64,000 nucleotides of DNA from Lepidodermella squamata (lineage: Eukaryota; Animalia; Gastrotricha): assembly GCA_047495785.1 (NCBI GenBank), contig JBLDXI010000019.1, positions 1,798,001 to 1,862,000 on the forward strand. Reading direction: 5' to 3'. Every line of letters starts with the position of its first letter. The stretch's first letter is position 1. The position numbers and the translations under genes are program-made. Positions 1-12,363 of this stretch are shown here, in pieces. The notes beneath the pieces are model-generated. The model made no database searches and was not told the origin of the DNA. It worked only from the letters and a program-made list of their open reading frames with translations.

Positions 1-3000
1 ATGGCTTACAACTGCCCGATTGAAACGCTGGACTACGACACGAGCTATGTCACGGATTTCGGCTATAGCTCCAGCCCGGTTACGACTAACACACAACTCA
101 GCTTACCGTTGGAGCCTGCGAGTTTCGCTCGAATGACGGCTGGCCACTTCTCTCGAGCTTGTCTAGCTTCTGGCTCACCTGTTGGGAGTTGGTACAAGGT
201 CGATTTCCAGCGTTACGTATGGCTGAGTCAGTTCTGGTACGAGTGTTCGGACAACTTGTGCCTTCAAGAATTCAGGATGGAAACCAGCCTTGACGATGTT
301 TACTACCAATCGATTACAAGTGGTCGGGGGAAGCAAGTGGTAAGGATAAGAAAATCAACCTTCTCAATTCACGTTCTACTTCCTTTCTCATTCCAGAAAA
401 TCCTGAGAGGAATTCAATCTGGGACTGTGAATTACAAAACGTTCAACCCCACACTTCTCCGTTACTTCAAAGTCACGACTACATTTGCGAATGGCACATT
501 CTATTGCGCCAACTTCAAATTCGAAGGCTGCCCAGCTAACTGTATGGAACCTCTTGGAATGGAGAGCGGTGAAGTTTCGAATAATCAGGTATCGGCGCCA
601 GGAACTTTATCTGCTTCCTTTCTATTTCGCCTGAACTGGGGTATGGCAGGGGCGAATAATCCGTCGAATCTGATCATCGACCTTCTGAAGCAAACTGTTG
701 TAACTGCCGTGGAAGTGCAGGGCTGCAAAGTTCAAAATGCTTGGGTTACTTCCTTCTCTTTTCAATACAAGGCACGATATTCGGATGCATGGACAAACGT
801 GGCTGATACAAAGGGATCGAAAGTATTTGGTGGCAACAACGATCCCACAACAGTTGTAACGATCAAATTTCCAAAAGCAGTCACCGGGCAGTTCTTCAAC
901 ATAGTTCCAAACACTTTTTCAACTGCCGTTTGCTATCGAGTAGAGCTGCTTGGTTGTAAAAGTAAGCACGCAAGTTGAGAAATCTGACAATATGAAATGT
1001 GATTTTCAGATGCGCCCAATTACCTGAGAAATTTAGCAGTAAACGCTGCAGTATTGACGCCTTCCTACGAAACAAGCCCTATGTCCAAGTTTTCTGATCC
1101 CTCGGTTTTGACAAATCCGAGAATAGTGAGAAAACAACACATTCAAAATTGCACTCGAATCACCACGGCGACGACTGGTGCTCGGCCTTATGTTACCATT
1201 GATCTTGGCAGTAGTATGCCTATCACTTCTGTTGAAATAACTACCCCGTCTTGGCCTCCTGCAATGGGCCTCAACCCAGATGGCCTTTGGCTGTTTGATG
1301 TTCTGCGGGGAGGAGACGATTTATCCGAGAATGGAAACCATGCAGTATTCTCTTCCTCACTGGCGTACGGCCCTGGTGTTGATGGAAGGCCACTTGGAGC
1401 TCTGCAGTGGAACAATATCGAGAGATACGTCATAATCCGAACGAACAACATTCAGAAGCTAGACACAACAAGCGGCTGGACCTACGCACTCTGGGTATAC
1501 TACTCATCTGCAAACAGCGAAATATTTTTAATGCGGAATGCAGTGGGAAATTGGTAAGCCAGTGGAAAAACATATCGTTAACGACGCGCCAAAACAACCA
1601 CTTAGATGACTCATTCGATCGTACTTTTAGTCGCCTAACGTAATGGTGAAGTACGTTAGGCCTTTTGAACACCGATTTTTTCCTAATTTCGAACGTACTT
1701 TTCTCATAAAATCTATAAATAGTAAGGTGGTTGTTTTGGCGCGTCGCTAACGATATTGCTGTGCATATTTCGTGGATTATTTTTTCCAGGCAGTCGAAAC
1801 TTAACATTAAAATTGTAGCAAACACTAGAGCAGTTAAACTGGGGTTCACAGCGGGCCAGACTTCTCAAAATACGTCTTGGGTTTGGCCATCGGGGTCTGA
1901 TGTTGTTGTCCCTCAAAATCGCTGGTTTTTCTTCGCACTAACCGTTGACTGTGCCAGTGGAATTTCTCGACTTTACATCGACAATTATGACCGAGCAATC
2001 GCCCAAAATGGTTGTGCGACAGACGCGTTCAAATTGTCGCAGTATTTCATGGTTCAAGCTGATTGGACGGGCAGCATTGCGTGCATGCAATTTTATAAGC
2101 GTGGGTTGGATCATTCAGAAATCGAACAAGCCAGCTTGTGTCCGTGGCTTAGTAAGTCTGCTTATTTCCATGTTATGACCATAAATGCATATTTCTGCTT
2201 CAGGTCCCCCACCATTGGCAATATTTCCTCTTGACTGTTCTTTAAACGATCTGGTCGGGTTTGGAGCTACCTTCACATCAAATGGAAGCCCGCAGTGCTC
2301 GAAAGTTTTCGGATTTTCCCAAACGTAAGCCTTTCGGATTGATTTTGCGTGTCAAGAGATGAAATAAGTATTTTTAAGAGCCTGGAACTTCCCTGCTGCT
2401 AGTTCCTACCTTGAAATGCCGATAACCACTTCTCCTGCCAATGGGCTGAACCTGCAGTATAGTTTTACTGTCTTGCTGCACGTCAGGCCAGATGCAAATT
2501 CGAGCGGAATTTTTTTGGGCTGGTACTACGACTCGTCTAACTCAACTGTTAACCTAGGTATCGTTAACGGTTACCTCACCCTTCAATTCCGATGCAAGGG
2601 CGGTGTTAGCCAATCCCTCAATTCGACCAGGCTTTTAATGATAAATGTCTGGACGCTGGTTGGGTTGGTTTACAATCCCGGTAGAAGCCCAATTATTCAG
2701 CTAATAAATGATGGAGAAACTGTAGCGTTTGGCACGCCTGCTTGTGCAGGTGGGCTTGAGACATCTACAAACTTCTTCAGGATAGGCGGCGGGTCATCGT
2801 TGAGCGTCGCTTGCTTTCATGCGTATAAAGCAGCTCTGACCAGAAAGCAAATATACGCTGCGAAACGCTGCCCGATAACATCCACCCCAGATATGACCGC
2901 TCAAGTTACAACGACGATGGACTTCTCATATGGGAGACCGTCGATTGAAAATATGGTCAATTTTGTAAGAGCTGGCTACGGTTTTACTGCAAGCCCTGCT

Positions 3001-5356
3001 TTCCCGTTCAGCATTAATGAAACCAGCGGTTGCGGGACATATCCTTCAGATTCGAATAACTATCTATGGGTCAATGTCACAAATGCTTACTTCGGATTGG
3101 GTAATGGCACCGCCTCTTCATACACTGCTTCGGTGTTCTACTACAACCGGGAGACAACGAACCCTACTAACATTCCAATCCTCAACAATGCAGAAACCGG
3201 CACTACCTATTCGAAATACAGCATGACGCTGCTGACACCTAATACCATTCTATATGAAGCTTGTATGAACGTTAGTGGAACAACTTCCTGCTACAAAGCT
3301 AATGCAACAAGCATACCAACTCCATTACTGACCTGGCAGAACCATCTAATGACTTTCGACATGACCAGTGGGGCAATGAGATTCGAAGGTTACTTAGACG
3401 GGGCTCGCATGATTTCTGTTCCAATGGCCGATTCAAAACCGCTAATTATTTCTCGACTTTCTATGGGGAGAGACGTTTTGAATGGTTACAGGGCTAATGG
3501 CGATTACGCGTGTATTTCGGTATACCAGGGCTATCTCAATCAGTATTTGGCTGCAGAGGTGGCCCTCTTGTGCCCGGCCCCAACTATGCGTAAGTTGAAA
3601 ACAAAAAGAAAAAGTATCATTTTTACTCCGGTTTTTCTTTTCATTAAAGTGCAAGGACACGTGTGTGAAACTGATTTGACGCCGAAAGCATCATTGACCT
3701 TCGCCTATAACCTTTACAAATCACCGGCTAACGTAACTTTCAACCAGATCAGACTAGGCAATCGCTGGATTGGAGACGCCAATACTCCAGGATCTGTCGC
3801 CTGTTGCTTGCAGTACGAAACTACAAGTGTCAACCACTGGGTTAATTTCGATTTTAAGGAAACAGTTTCTATCAGCTCAATTGCTACCCAAGGAGACTAC
3901 TCCACCGGATTCTATGTATCAAGCTATCAAATCAACATATGGGCTGCATCATACAAGAATTTCTTCGTGACTATTCCAGGAACGAATACAACCAGGGTAA
4001 GAGTTTCAAGATGCTAAGCCCTTTACAACACGTTTCGAAATCAGACATTTGCGGGTAATGTTGACGCTGATACTACGGTGTGGAACTACTTCAGGCCGCA
4101 TCTTTTCGGTCGGTTTTTGCGCATCTACCCAGTTACGTGGTCTGGTGGAATCGCTCTGCGTGCAATGGTGCGAGGATGCCCAGGTAATTCAGTGCTTCTA
4201 CTTTAAACAAATAAGCCACACTTTCTTTGCTGTAGACATGTTCTGTAAAAGTGACATAATGCGCCTTGATATTCAAGACTTGGCTTCCTCCCGCGTTGGC
4301 GGTGATGCGAACCTTATTCGCCCTGAAATCGACGGTGGAACGGATTGGATTGCATCACCGACTGATCCCGAACCCTTCATCACTTACAAATTTTCATGGA
4401 CGCGTGTTGTCACTGCTGTTCTTGTTCAGAGCAACAACGCAGGAACAGCGTGGATTTCAAAATACCACTTGATGATAGGCTCGGATGCCGCGCAATTGGT
4501 GGCTTACGGCTATCAAAACAATGGGTCGAGGATTCGAATTTTTGACGGCCCTAATGCATCCATCAACCCAGCCCCTATGGTTCAATATCTAAAACCAGTC
4601 ATCGTTGCTCAGACCGTGCGATTTGTTGTCGATGAATATGTCGGTAGCGTAGCGGGCCGTTTTGGTTTCCGGGGCTGTACCTTTACAGATTTCCTGTCAT
4701 CATCCGCAAAGTTCAACGTTAGAATTGGCGAAACTGCCCCTACAAGCGCTGCGGCTGCTGATAGTCAGGCGGCTTGTGGCAACCCTGGTATCAGCCAACC
4801 TGCCCTGCCCTATAATAGCAGGTTTTCAATTCCATGCGTGAAACCTGTGTCAGGCCGCTATGTTAGCATTACTGGGGTCATCGGCCTTTCGATGGATATT
4901 TGCCAGATTGCTGTTTACAATGACAATGCGACAGATTTCGCACAGTACAAAGTTGTCACTACAAATACCTCCATCTCGTCGTCTAATTTGATAGCGCTTA
5001 CCACGCCTGGCTTTCCGACCGCAAGCGCTATGCTTATTGCCGGATGGTTACAGGTCGATCTTGGTAATGAGATATCTGTTTCGAAAATTATGCTCATGAC
5101 AAGTGTTAGTGGCTCATGGCCGACTGATAGCAACCCTGGCTATTCACGGCTGACTTTCAGAGTTGGCAATGCTGCTGGGCAACTTCTGATTCAGAATAAT
5201 ATCTGTGATATCTTGGCCAGTGGGGTGAGAGTGCCGAATGTCCTTCCCGGGCAATCTATTACGGCACACTGCACGCCACCTTTGACAGGCCGCTACGTCA
5301 GCGTCGAAAAAGAGGGGAACCTCAACATGATATTCGCACGCATCCTGGTATTTTGA
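1..5356 (+). CDS. Secreted multidomain lectin-like protein, copy A (5' end outside window): F5/8C x2, split F-type lectin, LamG-like x3, F5/8C x2, F-type lectin
   Basis: Exons <1-339, 397-961, 1010-1553, 1790-2151, 2204-2324, 2379-3589, 3650-3996, 4045-4183, 4236-5356. All introns are GT-AG; the spliced 4749 nt are in frame. Motifs: discoidin CMEPLGMESG...YRVELLGC, LamG-like ACMQFYKRGL, F-type-lectin-like WLQVDLG...GRYVSV. Colinear with copies B and C, which show the missing signal peptide and PAN domain. Confidence 0.85.
1572..1755. mobile_element. Small MITE-like fold-back insertion in intron 3 of copy A
   Basis: ATATCGTTAACGACGCGCCAAAACAACCACTTA (1572-1604) is a near-perfect inverted repeat of 1722-1755. 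The intron is 236 nt versus 54-55 nt in copies B and C. Confidence 0.7.
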
Positions 5357-5715
5357 ACTATCGAACTATAGTGAAATTGACTTTACCTTCACGACGATGA
5401 CAAGAATTATTCTTCTGTTCAACAAGAATGACGGCTTGACTATTGTGACTGTAAGAAGTTCCGCAGCCTAGAAATGAAATAGCTGAGAGATTGTGAAGCG
5501 AATTTTCTTTCATATGGACAAACGTTGCCTGACTACTGACTACTCTCGTGAAACTACTAATTTGCTTGACAAATCACGTGAATTGCTCATCTATCGCGTG
5601 GAATGAGTTAGGTGTGTTTCAACAGGCGTTAATTATAGGCGACTGCCGCGTAGTAGGTAGCAGCTCAGTTAAAGGTCCAAGTTTATTACTATAGCAATTT
5701 ATTTCAAGCAGTAAG

Positions 5716-8103
5716 ATGCATGCAAATTATCTTCAATTTTTCACTTTTGCTTTCCTGGTCAATATCCATTTGTCGAAGACGTCTAATTCTTCTAAATTTG
5801 CCAGCAAGCAAACCCCAATAGACATCCTCGCCATGTACATTGTTACAGAAAGAGTAACAGATTCTTCCTGTTACATCGCGCAAAAACTTCTTGTCGATGA
5901 CATTAACTCGAGAAGCGACATTCTTCCGAATTATCGAATCAACATTATTCCTGTTGATGAGGATCTAGAGATGCGGAAACCAGATACCTGGAAGCGATAT
6001 TTATTTGGAGATATTGGATCCACCTTAAATCTTGCCCCAATTGTCATGCTGCCTACGTCATCAGGCCGTTGTCAGTACCTATCAGCCATTCTTCACCATT
6101 TAAACCTTGTCGGAATATCACCAAGTTGCTCCACTCCGGCAGTTACGGCGAACCGAAGAATTTATCCGAACCTGTATCGAGTTAGACTACCGGGAGATCT
6201 CGTGAACTATTCCCGGCTGAAATTCATTGAACAAGTCGGAAAATGGAGGAGAATGGCAGTTTTAACCAGGTCCGATGTTCCGCGTGATTACGGCTCAGCC
6301 ATCGAATTTTACAACGAGGCGACCAAACGCGGTATTCAAATTGTATTTTTCGAAGCGATTGACCCTTCATTGTCCGACGAAGTTCTTGCTGGCCTGAAAC
6401 GCTCCGATGCTAGAGTTATACTGATCGATACAACAACCTTCATACCAATTCTGTTCTGTAAAATGGCTAAACATGGCTTCACAACTGACGGGAAGTACGT
6501 CTTCCTTCTTCAATTTGAGGCTTACGAATCCCCTACAATTCCGCGGCCATATTTTTCCGCTGAATGCCCTTCTTCTCTTTATATGGAGTTTTACTCAGTA
6601 AGCCTATTCATTGGGCAACTTGCAGATGCGCAAACGAATAATGGATTGTCATCAGCTAATTACGATTTAACCTCGTTCGAGAGGCGATTCGACGATGCAG
6701 CTAATTTTGCTCGGACCGAGGATTACTTCAGGCGGCATCAGTGCTTTGACACGATGCTTCAAATTATCCTCACATTAGAGAAGGCTGAGAAATCGATGAA
6801 ATCTGTTAACATGTCTCTAGCTGACTACAAACTTCAGCCGTCACTAGTCATGATTCAAGTTAACAAATCAGCTTCGGAACTTGCCTATTCAAACTTGCGT
6901 TATGGGCGAGTGCATTATTCAAGCCGGCTAGAGCTTGACAATCTTCCGCAATTTGTGCGAACGTTTGACATAAAACAAAGGCGAGACGTAAACATATTCG
7001 GCATTACTTGCAGTGAAAACCGGTCAATTTTCCAAGTTGAAAGTTATGAAATCAATCAAATAGCTGCCTATGAATGGAAAACTAGAGATGGTCTCCCGAC
7101 GAAAGACCAGTCAATTCGCATTACTAGCACAAGCCAATTCGCGGTTGTAAACCATGCGATATGTTTCGGATTAGCCGTGCTTCTGATTTTCGGGAAATTC
7201 TATGCTTTAATCCGAGAATGGAAGGCCAGTTCAAGGTATAGATTAAGCTCGAGAGCTGAAGAAGCCTTTACAGATTTTGAGAATTCGAGTCATAGTTTGA
7301 GTACTATTACGCCTGTCGAGCTGATTGAAACGAAAGTAACATATTTTCGGCCGGCTCAATCGGGCTATAACTCCAAGTCAAAGTTGAGCCTACCACCAAA
7401 CACCCAGAGATCTAAGATAATTATGATATTCGCATGCATTCTTCTTGACTTGGCAACAAGCTCATTTCTTTTCGTAAGTTCTGGCATTACGTCAAATTCA
7501 TCCAGCTATATTTGCGCATCTACCGCTGTTTTCACATCGTTAGGCATCTCGCTGATCCATCATTCTCAATTTGTTTTTCTTCTTGTCAGTCATTGTGTTT
7601 TGAACTCAAGATGTTCAAAAGTAAGTTTCAGTTCAGTTTTCACCTCGACTTATTTCTTCACTGCAGGATTGATCATTTTCCTTTGCGCCTTCTGGCTCAT
7701 CGGAAGTGATCTTAGTAAACAAACAACGGTGTTCGTATCCTACGAAGCATTAAGCGATGTTTACACCAGCTACATAGCATCAATTTGTGCTATGCCTGGG
7801 ATGCATCCAGCTTTTATTGTAATTTGCGCACTCAATGCTTTATTTTTACTTGGATCAAATTTCATTGTGTATTCCATCCGTTCTCGGCGCAATGCATGGA
7901 GTTACAATTCCTCTGTCCAAGTTTTAGGCATGGGTTTGTCTGCAGTCATCGGCGTATCTCTTTTCGCAGTTTTTGCACTCATTACGGCTGCGGTTCAAGA
8001 CTCCTTGTCAAAGCAAGTCGCCTTGAATTACGGATTTGTAATATATTCCCTTAACGTGACTTTAATTTACTTGATACCCTCAAAAATTCTCATTAAACAG
8101 TAA
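5716..8103 (+). CDS. Class C GPCR, GABA-B-receptor-like (VFT + 7TM), intronless, paralogue 1
   Basis: Signal peptide; VFT motifs INSRSDILPNY, SPSCSTPAV...YPNLYR, W-x-x-MAVL, LKRSDARVI, KYVFLL; seven hydrophobic segments; no cysteine-rich domain; AATAAA at 8161. Confidence 0.85.
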   Translation: MHANYLQFFTFAFLVNIHLSKTSNSSKFASKQTPIDILAMYIVTERVTDSSCYIAQKLLVDDINSRSDILPNYRINIIPVDEDLEMRKPDTWKRYLFGDIGSTLNLAPIVMLPTSSGRCQYLSAILHHLNLVGISPSCSTPAVTANRRIYPNLYRVRLPGDLVNYSRLKFIEQVGKWRRMAVLTRSDVPRDYGSAIEFYNEATKRGIQIVFFEAIDPSLSDEVLAGLKRSDARVILIDTTTFIPILFCKMAKHGFTTDGKYVFLLQFEAYESPTIPRPYFSAECPSSLYMEFYSVSLFIGQLADAQTNNGLSSANYDLTSFERRFDDAANFARTEDYFRRHQCFDTMLQIILTLEKAEKSMKSVNMSLADYKLQPSLVMIQVNKSASELAYSNLRYGRVHYSSRLELDNLPQFVRTFDIKQRRDVNIFGITCSENRSIFQVESYEINQIAAYEWKTRDGLPTKDQSIRITSTSQFAVVNHAICFGLAVLLIFGKFYALIREWKASSRYRLSSRAEEAFTDFENSSHSLSTITPVELIETKVTYFRPAQSGYNSKSKLSLPPNTQRSKIIMIFACILLDLATSSFLFVSSGITSNSSSYICASTAVFTSLGISLIHHSQFVFLLVSHCVLNSRCSKVSFSSVFTSTYFFTAGLIIFLCAFWLIGSDLSKQTTVFVSYEALSDVYTSYIASICAMPGMHPAFIVICALNALFLLGSNFIVYSIRSRRNAWSYNSSVQVLGMGLSAVIGVSLFAVFALITAAVQDSLSKQVALNYGFVIYSLNVTLIYLIPSKILIKQ

Positions 8104-8536
8104 TCATGTTGTGCAGCATTTGAATTGTGGGAAATGTTCAATGTAACAAGGAATTAGTCAAATAAAAGAAGGGGACTTGACCGATAATCACTTGCCCGAA
8201 CGGTTCAAAACCCACTAGAGTAAAAACCGAAAATAGCGATTGTGATGGAGGTTCTAACACATCAGATGCCCTGGAGCCTAACAATAAGGAGCATCCTTCT
8301 GTTCTCTTCTGTGGAGGTGAGGCCGTACCAAGCGGTCAATTACACAGAAAAAGAGTTCTGCATTATGTGTCATCCAAGATTACTTACAGCTCGCCAACTG
8401 AAGTAATGCATGACATATTTGTTGAAACATCAAACAGTAATGACCACAATGAATTATTCTGATCATAGAGAGCTTTTAAGTCATAGGTAACTTTGCAAGC
8501 AAGGCAGTCAAACTGTCATTTCGAATGTTATTGAAA

Positions 8537-8775
8537 TCAGCAACATGTGAATTTCCAACCATTCATGCAACAGCTGAAAAATGGCCTACTGATTAGCAAT
8601 TTTCATAATTCAAAATGTGATAAATTTACGTTCCTGAGCAGCAGTTGGATCTGTCATTAATGCATGAAGCTCCATTGGCAAGGCAAGTCTCGGCCTTAGC
8701 ATCCGTACCAGTAACAGCAATAAGTATGACAAAGCAGGCAACCAACGCCATAAGAATCCACAGGTTGGAATTCAT
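8537..8775 (-). CDS. Secreted cysteine-rich toxin/knottin-like peptide 1 (60 aa)
   Basis: Exons 8775-8630 and 8573-8537; 56-nt GTAAAT...TTTCAG intron. Translation MNSNLWILMALVACFVILIAVTGTDAKAETCLANGASCINDRSNCCSGTCCMNGWKFTCC*. A paralogue at 18476 has the same intron position. Confidence 0.85.
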
Positions 8776-9379
8776 TTGAATAAAATCAGAAATATATAAA
8801 CAGCACGATATAAAAAAAACGAAATGCTTGGCCCCTCTCAATTGTTTTCGGACAATATTTCATAACTCATAACTGTGGGAATGACTTGTCCGTTTGCATT
8901 ATCCCTGCGTGACTACGGCTTATCGGTGGGCGCAGCAATAGGCCTCGCAATCGCGGCGGCAATTGGTGACTTTGGGGCGATTAAGGCCTCATTCCCACAA
9001 AATACAAGGGTTCGGCAAAAAACAAATGTAATGCCCAGAAAAAGTCGGTTAAGTTTCGAGAGTATATCTTTGCCATATTGCATTCAAATAAGTTGATCGG
9101 AGACAATATGATATCGATTTTTAATCCAAAAGAAGCCACCTGTAACTCGAAACTGAAGAGAAGGTCATCGAGACGTTATGACCAAGTATTTTCTCTTTGT
9201 GCAATGTTTTTCTCGTAAGCTAATTTAATTGCCAATAAGCACTACGAAACGTCGCTAAAAAGCCTGGACAACATCGATTGACTGAAAAATTAGGAAAGGA
9301 CACGTTTGCTAACGCATAAAAATACTCCAATCTGAGGGACGTTTTTTTAGTTAATCCGAGTTCCACGATTTCGTTCGAA

Positions 9380-11691
9380 ATGATATTCTCCTTGTTATTA
9401 GCCATGCTATTATCAACTAGTGGTCAAATAAATTCTACCGGTATCAGAAGAAAGATGTCACTGCTGGTTTTATACCCGCTGACAGGCGATGCCCCGAGAA
9501 AGGGCGATGCTTGCGTTATCGGCGTCGGAATTGCCATTGACGAAGCGAACGCTCAAAAGGTTCTGCCTAATTACAACCTGTTACCTATTTATCGAGACGA
9601 AGGTCCGGGGAGTAACCTTGCAGTTCAAGCTCTGATGAATTTTTACATCAATCAACGTAATGATACCATTATTGCACCTATCGTAGTAGGATCTGTATTC
9701 GCAGGGGGTTGCAAAGCCTTGGGACCTGTGATTCCCAATATGAATATGGTTCATTCTGCGTTTGGATGCAACAGCCCAAGTTTGACCAACAACCGGAAAA
9801 TGTACCCTAACATGTACCGAACAAGAGCCGGTTCAGAGGCGATGCTTTACTCTCGACTGAGATTTATACGAGAAATAGGTCGATGGAACAGGTTTGGCCT
9901 GCTGTGTTCAACCCAGAACGACGCTGACTACATAGGCGGTCAGATGATGGTTAAAGAAGCACTGGCTAACGGGTTTGAAGTTCCATTTTTCGAGGTAGTC
10001 CCTGATATTGAAGATGCAACTATGCAAACGATACTAGCGAAAGATGTTCGAGTCGTTGATGTTTACATCTCAGCTTTACCTCTGGTTTTAAAGTTCCTTT
10101 GCAAAGCCTATGAATTTGGGCTGAAAGGCCCTCGTTATGCTTTCATCTTATACTACGCGCTATATACTGAACCATCTGCCTTACCAGAAAAGGTAACACC
10201 CCAGTGCTCGAAAGAAATGGTTCTAGAGCAGTATGTCATCTCGTTCTGGATCAGCTGGTCATCAAAGATTCCGGACAATCCAGGTTTAGTCTCAACTCTT
10301 GGCTATGATACTGCCGAGTTCGATCGTCGCTTTGACCTGAAATGGACTGAAATGAGCGGGAAACCAGGGACTAAACCAGCCGATTACGACAGGCGGTTTT
10401 TATGCCATGACGGAGCTTTAGCAGCAGTGCAAACCCTGGTAGATGCTGAGAACAGTCTTAGAAACCAAAATCTTACATTGGAAAGGTACACCTCCGAACC
10501 CGCTGCGATCATGCAATATGTAAACAAGTCCTTTGCTAAGGTTGATTATGTCGGGTTAAGGATTGGTAGGGTTCACTATTCTACAAGGCTTGAGGTGGAT
10601 GACGAGGTTTTTGTTGCTGTTCAATGGACAAATGAAAGAGGGCAACAGGTTTTGAATTCATTCCGTCGAGCTGCAAACATGACTCCGCAAAATTATTCGA
10701 GTTACTCATCAAGTCAGGCCTACATTGCTCCTTACTGGTTAACTATGGACGGTAAACCTCCCGGAGATTGGCGACTTCGGAGAGAGTTTAGGGTGGACTC
10801 TTCGCCAGAATTTCTGTGGACTATGCTTGCAGTTAATGGTCTCTCTTTAACCGCCACTTTTTTGCTACTGGCTGCCCGAAGAAAAAGGGATTTGAACTCT
10901 AAGATTTTATTTCTTGGGAGTTTGTCACTTTGCTCGGCATCCGTTATATTGAGCTTACTTCAGAAATCCGTTGGGGTCGATGTAGTTTACTACGCAAGTC
11001 GCATTCTTGCATTCCTCGGGGTAACACTCTTGCAGGTAAGTACATTTTACCTTCTCTCCTTCTCTCTATGTGATTTTTATTATTCAAGAGTGTTTTCTTC
11101 GCAGTACTTCTCCTCTCTCGCTTGCATTTCAGGCAAGTGAATCAAGTTCACAATACCATGTCTCAATTAACAGCAAGCACATTCGTTTCATCAGCAACTA
11201 CAATTCATCGAACCATTGGAAGGTACTCATCTAACGCCTGCATCAAAATAATATCGATATTTTTGCTGGGCGGATTCATTTACTTGACTTGCTGGCTACT
11301 TATTGATCGGCATAACGTTCAAATTGAAGATCGGGTTTTCGAGAAAACCTATGACGATATTACTGACATTGAAACAACAAAGCGGCAGCTGCTCTTAGTG
11401 TCAGAATATGACAGATATTGGACGAGTCCAGTGATCATTTTGAATGGGGCAGTTCTGATGCTGAGCTCTTGGTTTTCGTATTCCCTGCGCCATGTTGAAG
11501 GGCCAGAAGATCGATTGAAAGAGTTGACTCGTATACGACTTGCATCTGCCAATTCGTGCACGATGTTTTTAGCTGCCGTACTTGTAACTGTAATTTTTGG
11601 AAATGACCCAAAGCTAAAATGTGCGGCATTAGCTGTTTTAGCTTGGTTAACCGGCACTTTGTCGGGAACTATAATTTTATGGCCGAGCTAA
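9380..11691 (+). CDS. Class C GPCR, GABA-B-receptor-like, divergent paralogue 2 (~752 aa)
   Basis: Exons 9380-11035 and 11089-11691; a 53-nt phase-0 intron joins the two ORFs inside TM3. VFT motifs AIDEANAQKVLPNY, NSPSLTNNRKMYPNMYR, CKAYEFGLKGPRYAFI; 7TM region. Confidence 0.82.
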
Positions 11692-12363
11692 CGAGCTAAC
11701 GAACGTTATGCCGGGCGTTAGAATAATAAACAACTGGCTCAGAACTCGGAGGATCTGTGTCAGGAACACATTACTGGAATTGGACTGCTTCTTCTAGAAA
11801 ATTTGTTCGTCCAGTCACATGCAATAATTTTTCCGCCGGCATTCTACCATTCAGAAAGTGGATGATTGATTTCGTCTCAGAGTTGAAAGTGGGCATGTAA
11901 CACTTTGGGTGTCTCCAACCTCCAAGCGAGACTTCTAACATTTTTAAAACGTAGCAGTAATTAGTCGTATCTGTGCGATCTGATTGTAGGTGGGTGGTGC
12001 GTTGCATCAACCGTGTCTAGGGTTGTTTTCATTGAAACGGATGCCAAGAAAGCGTCAAAAGTTAAAAGAAAATCCGGGTGATTCGATCCATATATTAAAG
12101 ATTCCATTCGTGAATTTCACTATTGTCAATGTTAGGGCCTATCTCGAGGTACTCTATAGAAGTCGCAATTTTATAATTACATACGATAACACAGCAAAAT
12201 GATGGAACAAACAACCTGAGACGCTTCTATTAGATCAGGCATTCAACACGTCTTGCTAAATGAAAATTAGCCAAGGAAGTATCTGCCCCCACAGCTAGAC
12301 TTGATGATTTGATGAGTATGCAGTGGCTTTCATTACACTGAATTTAGAAAATATAAATAGAAT

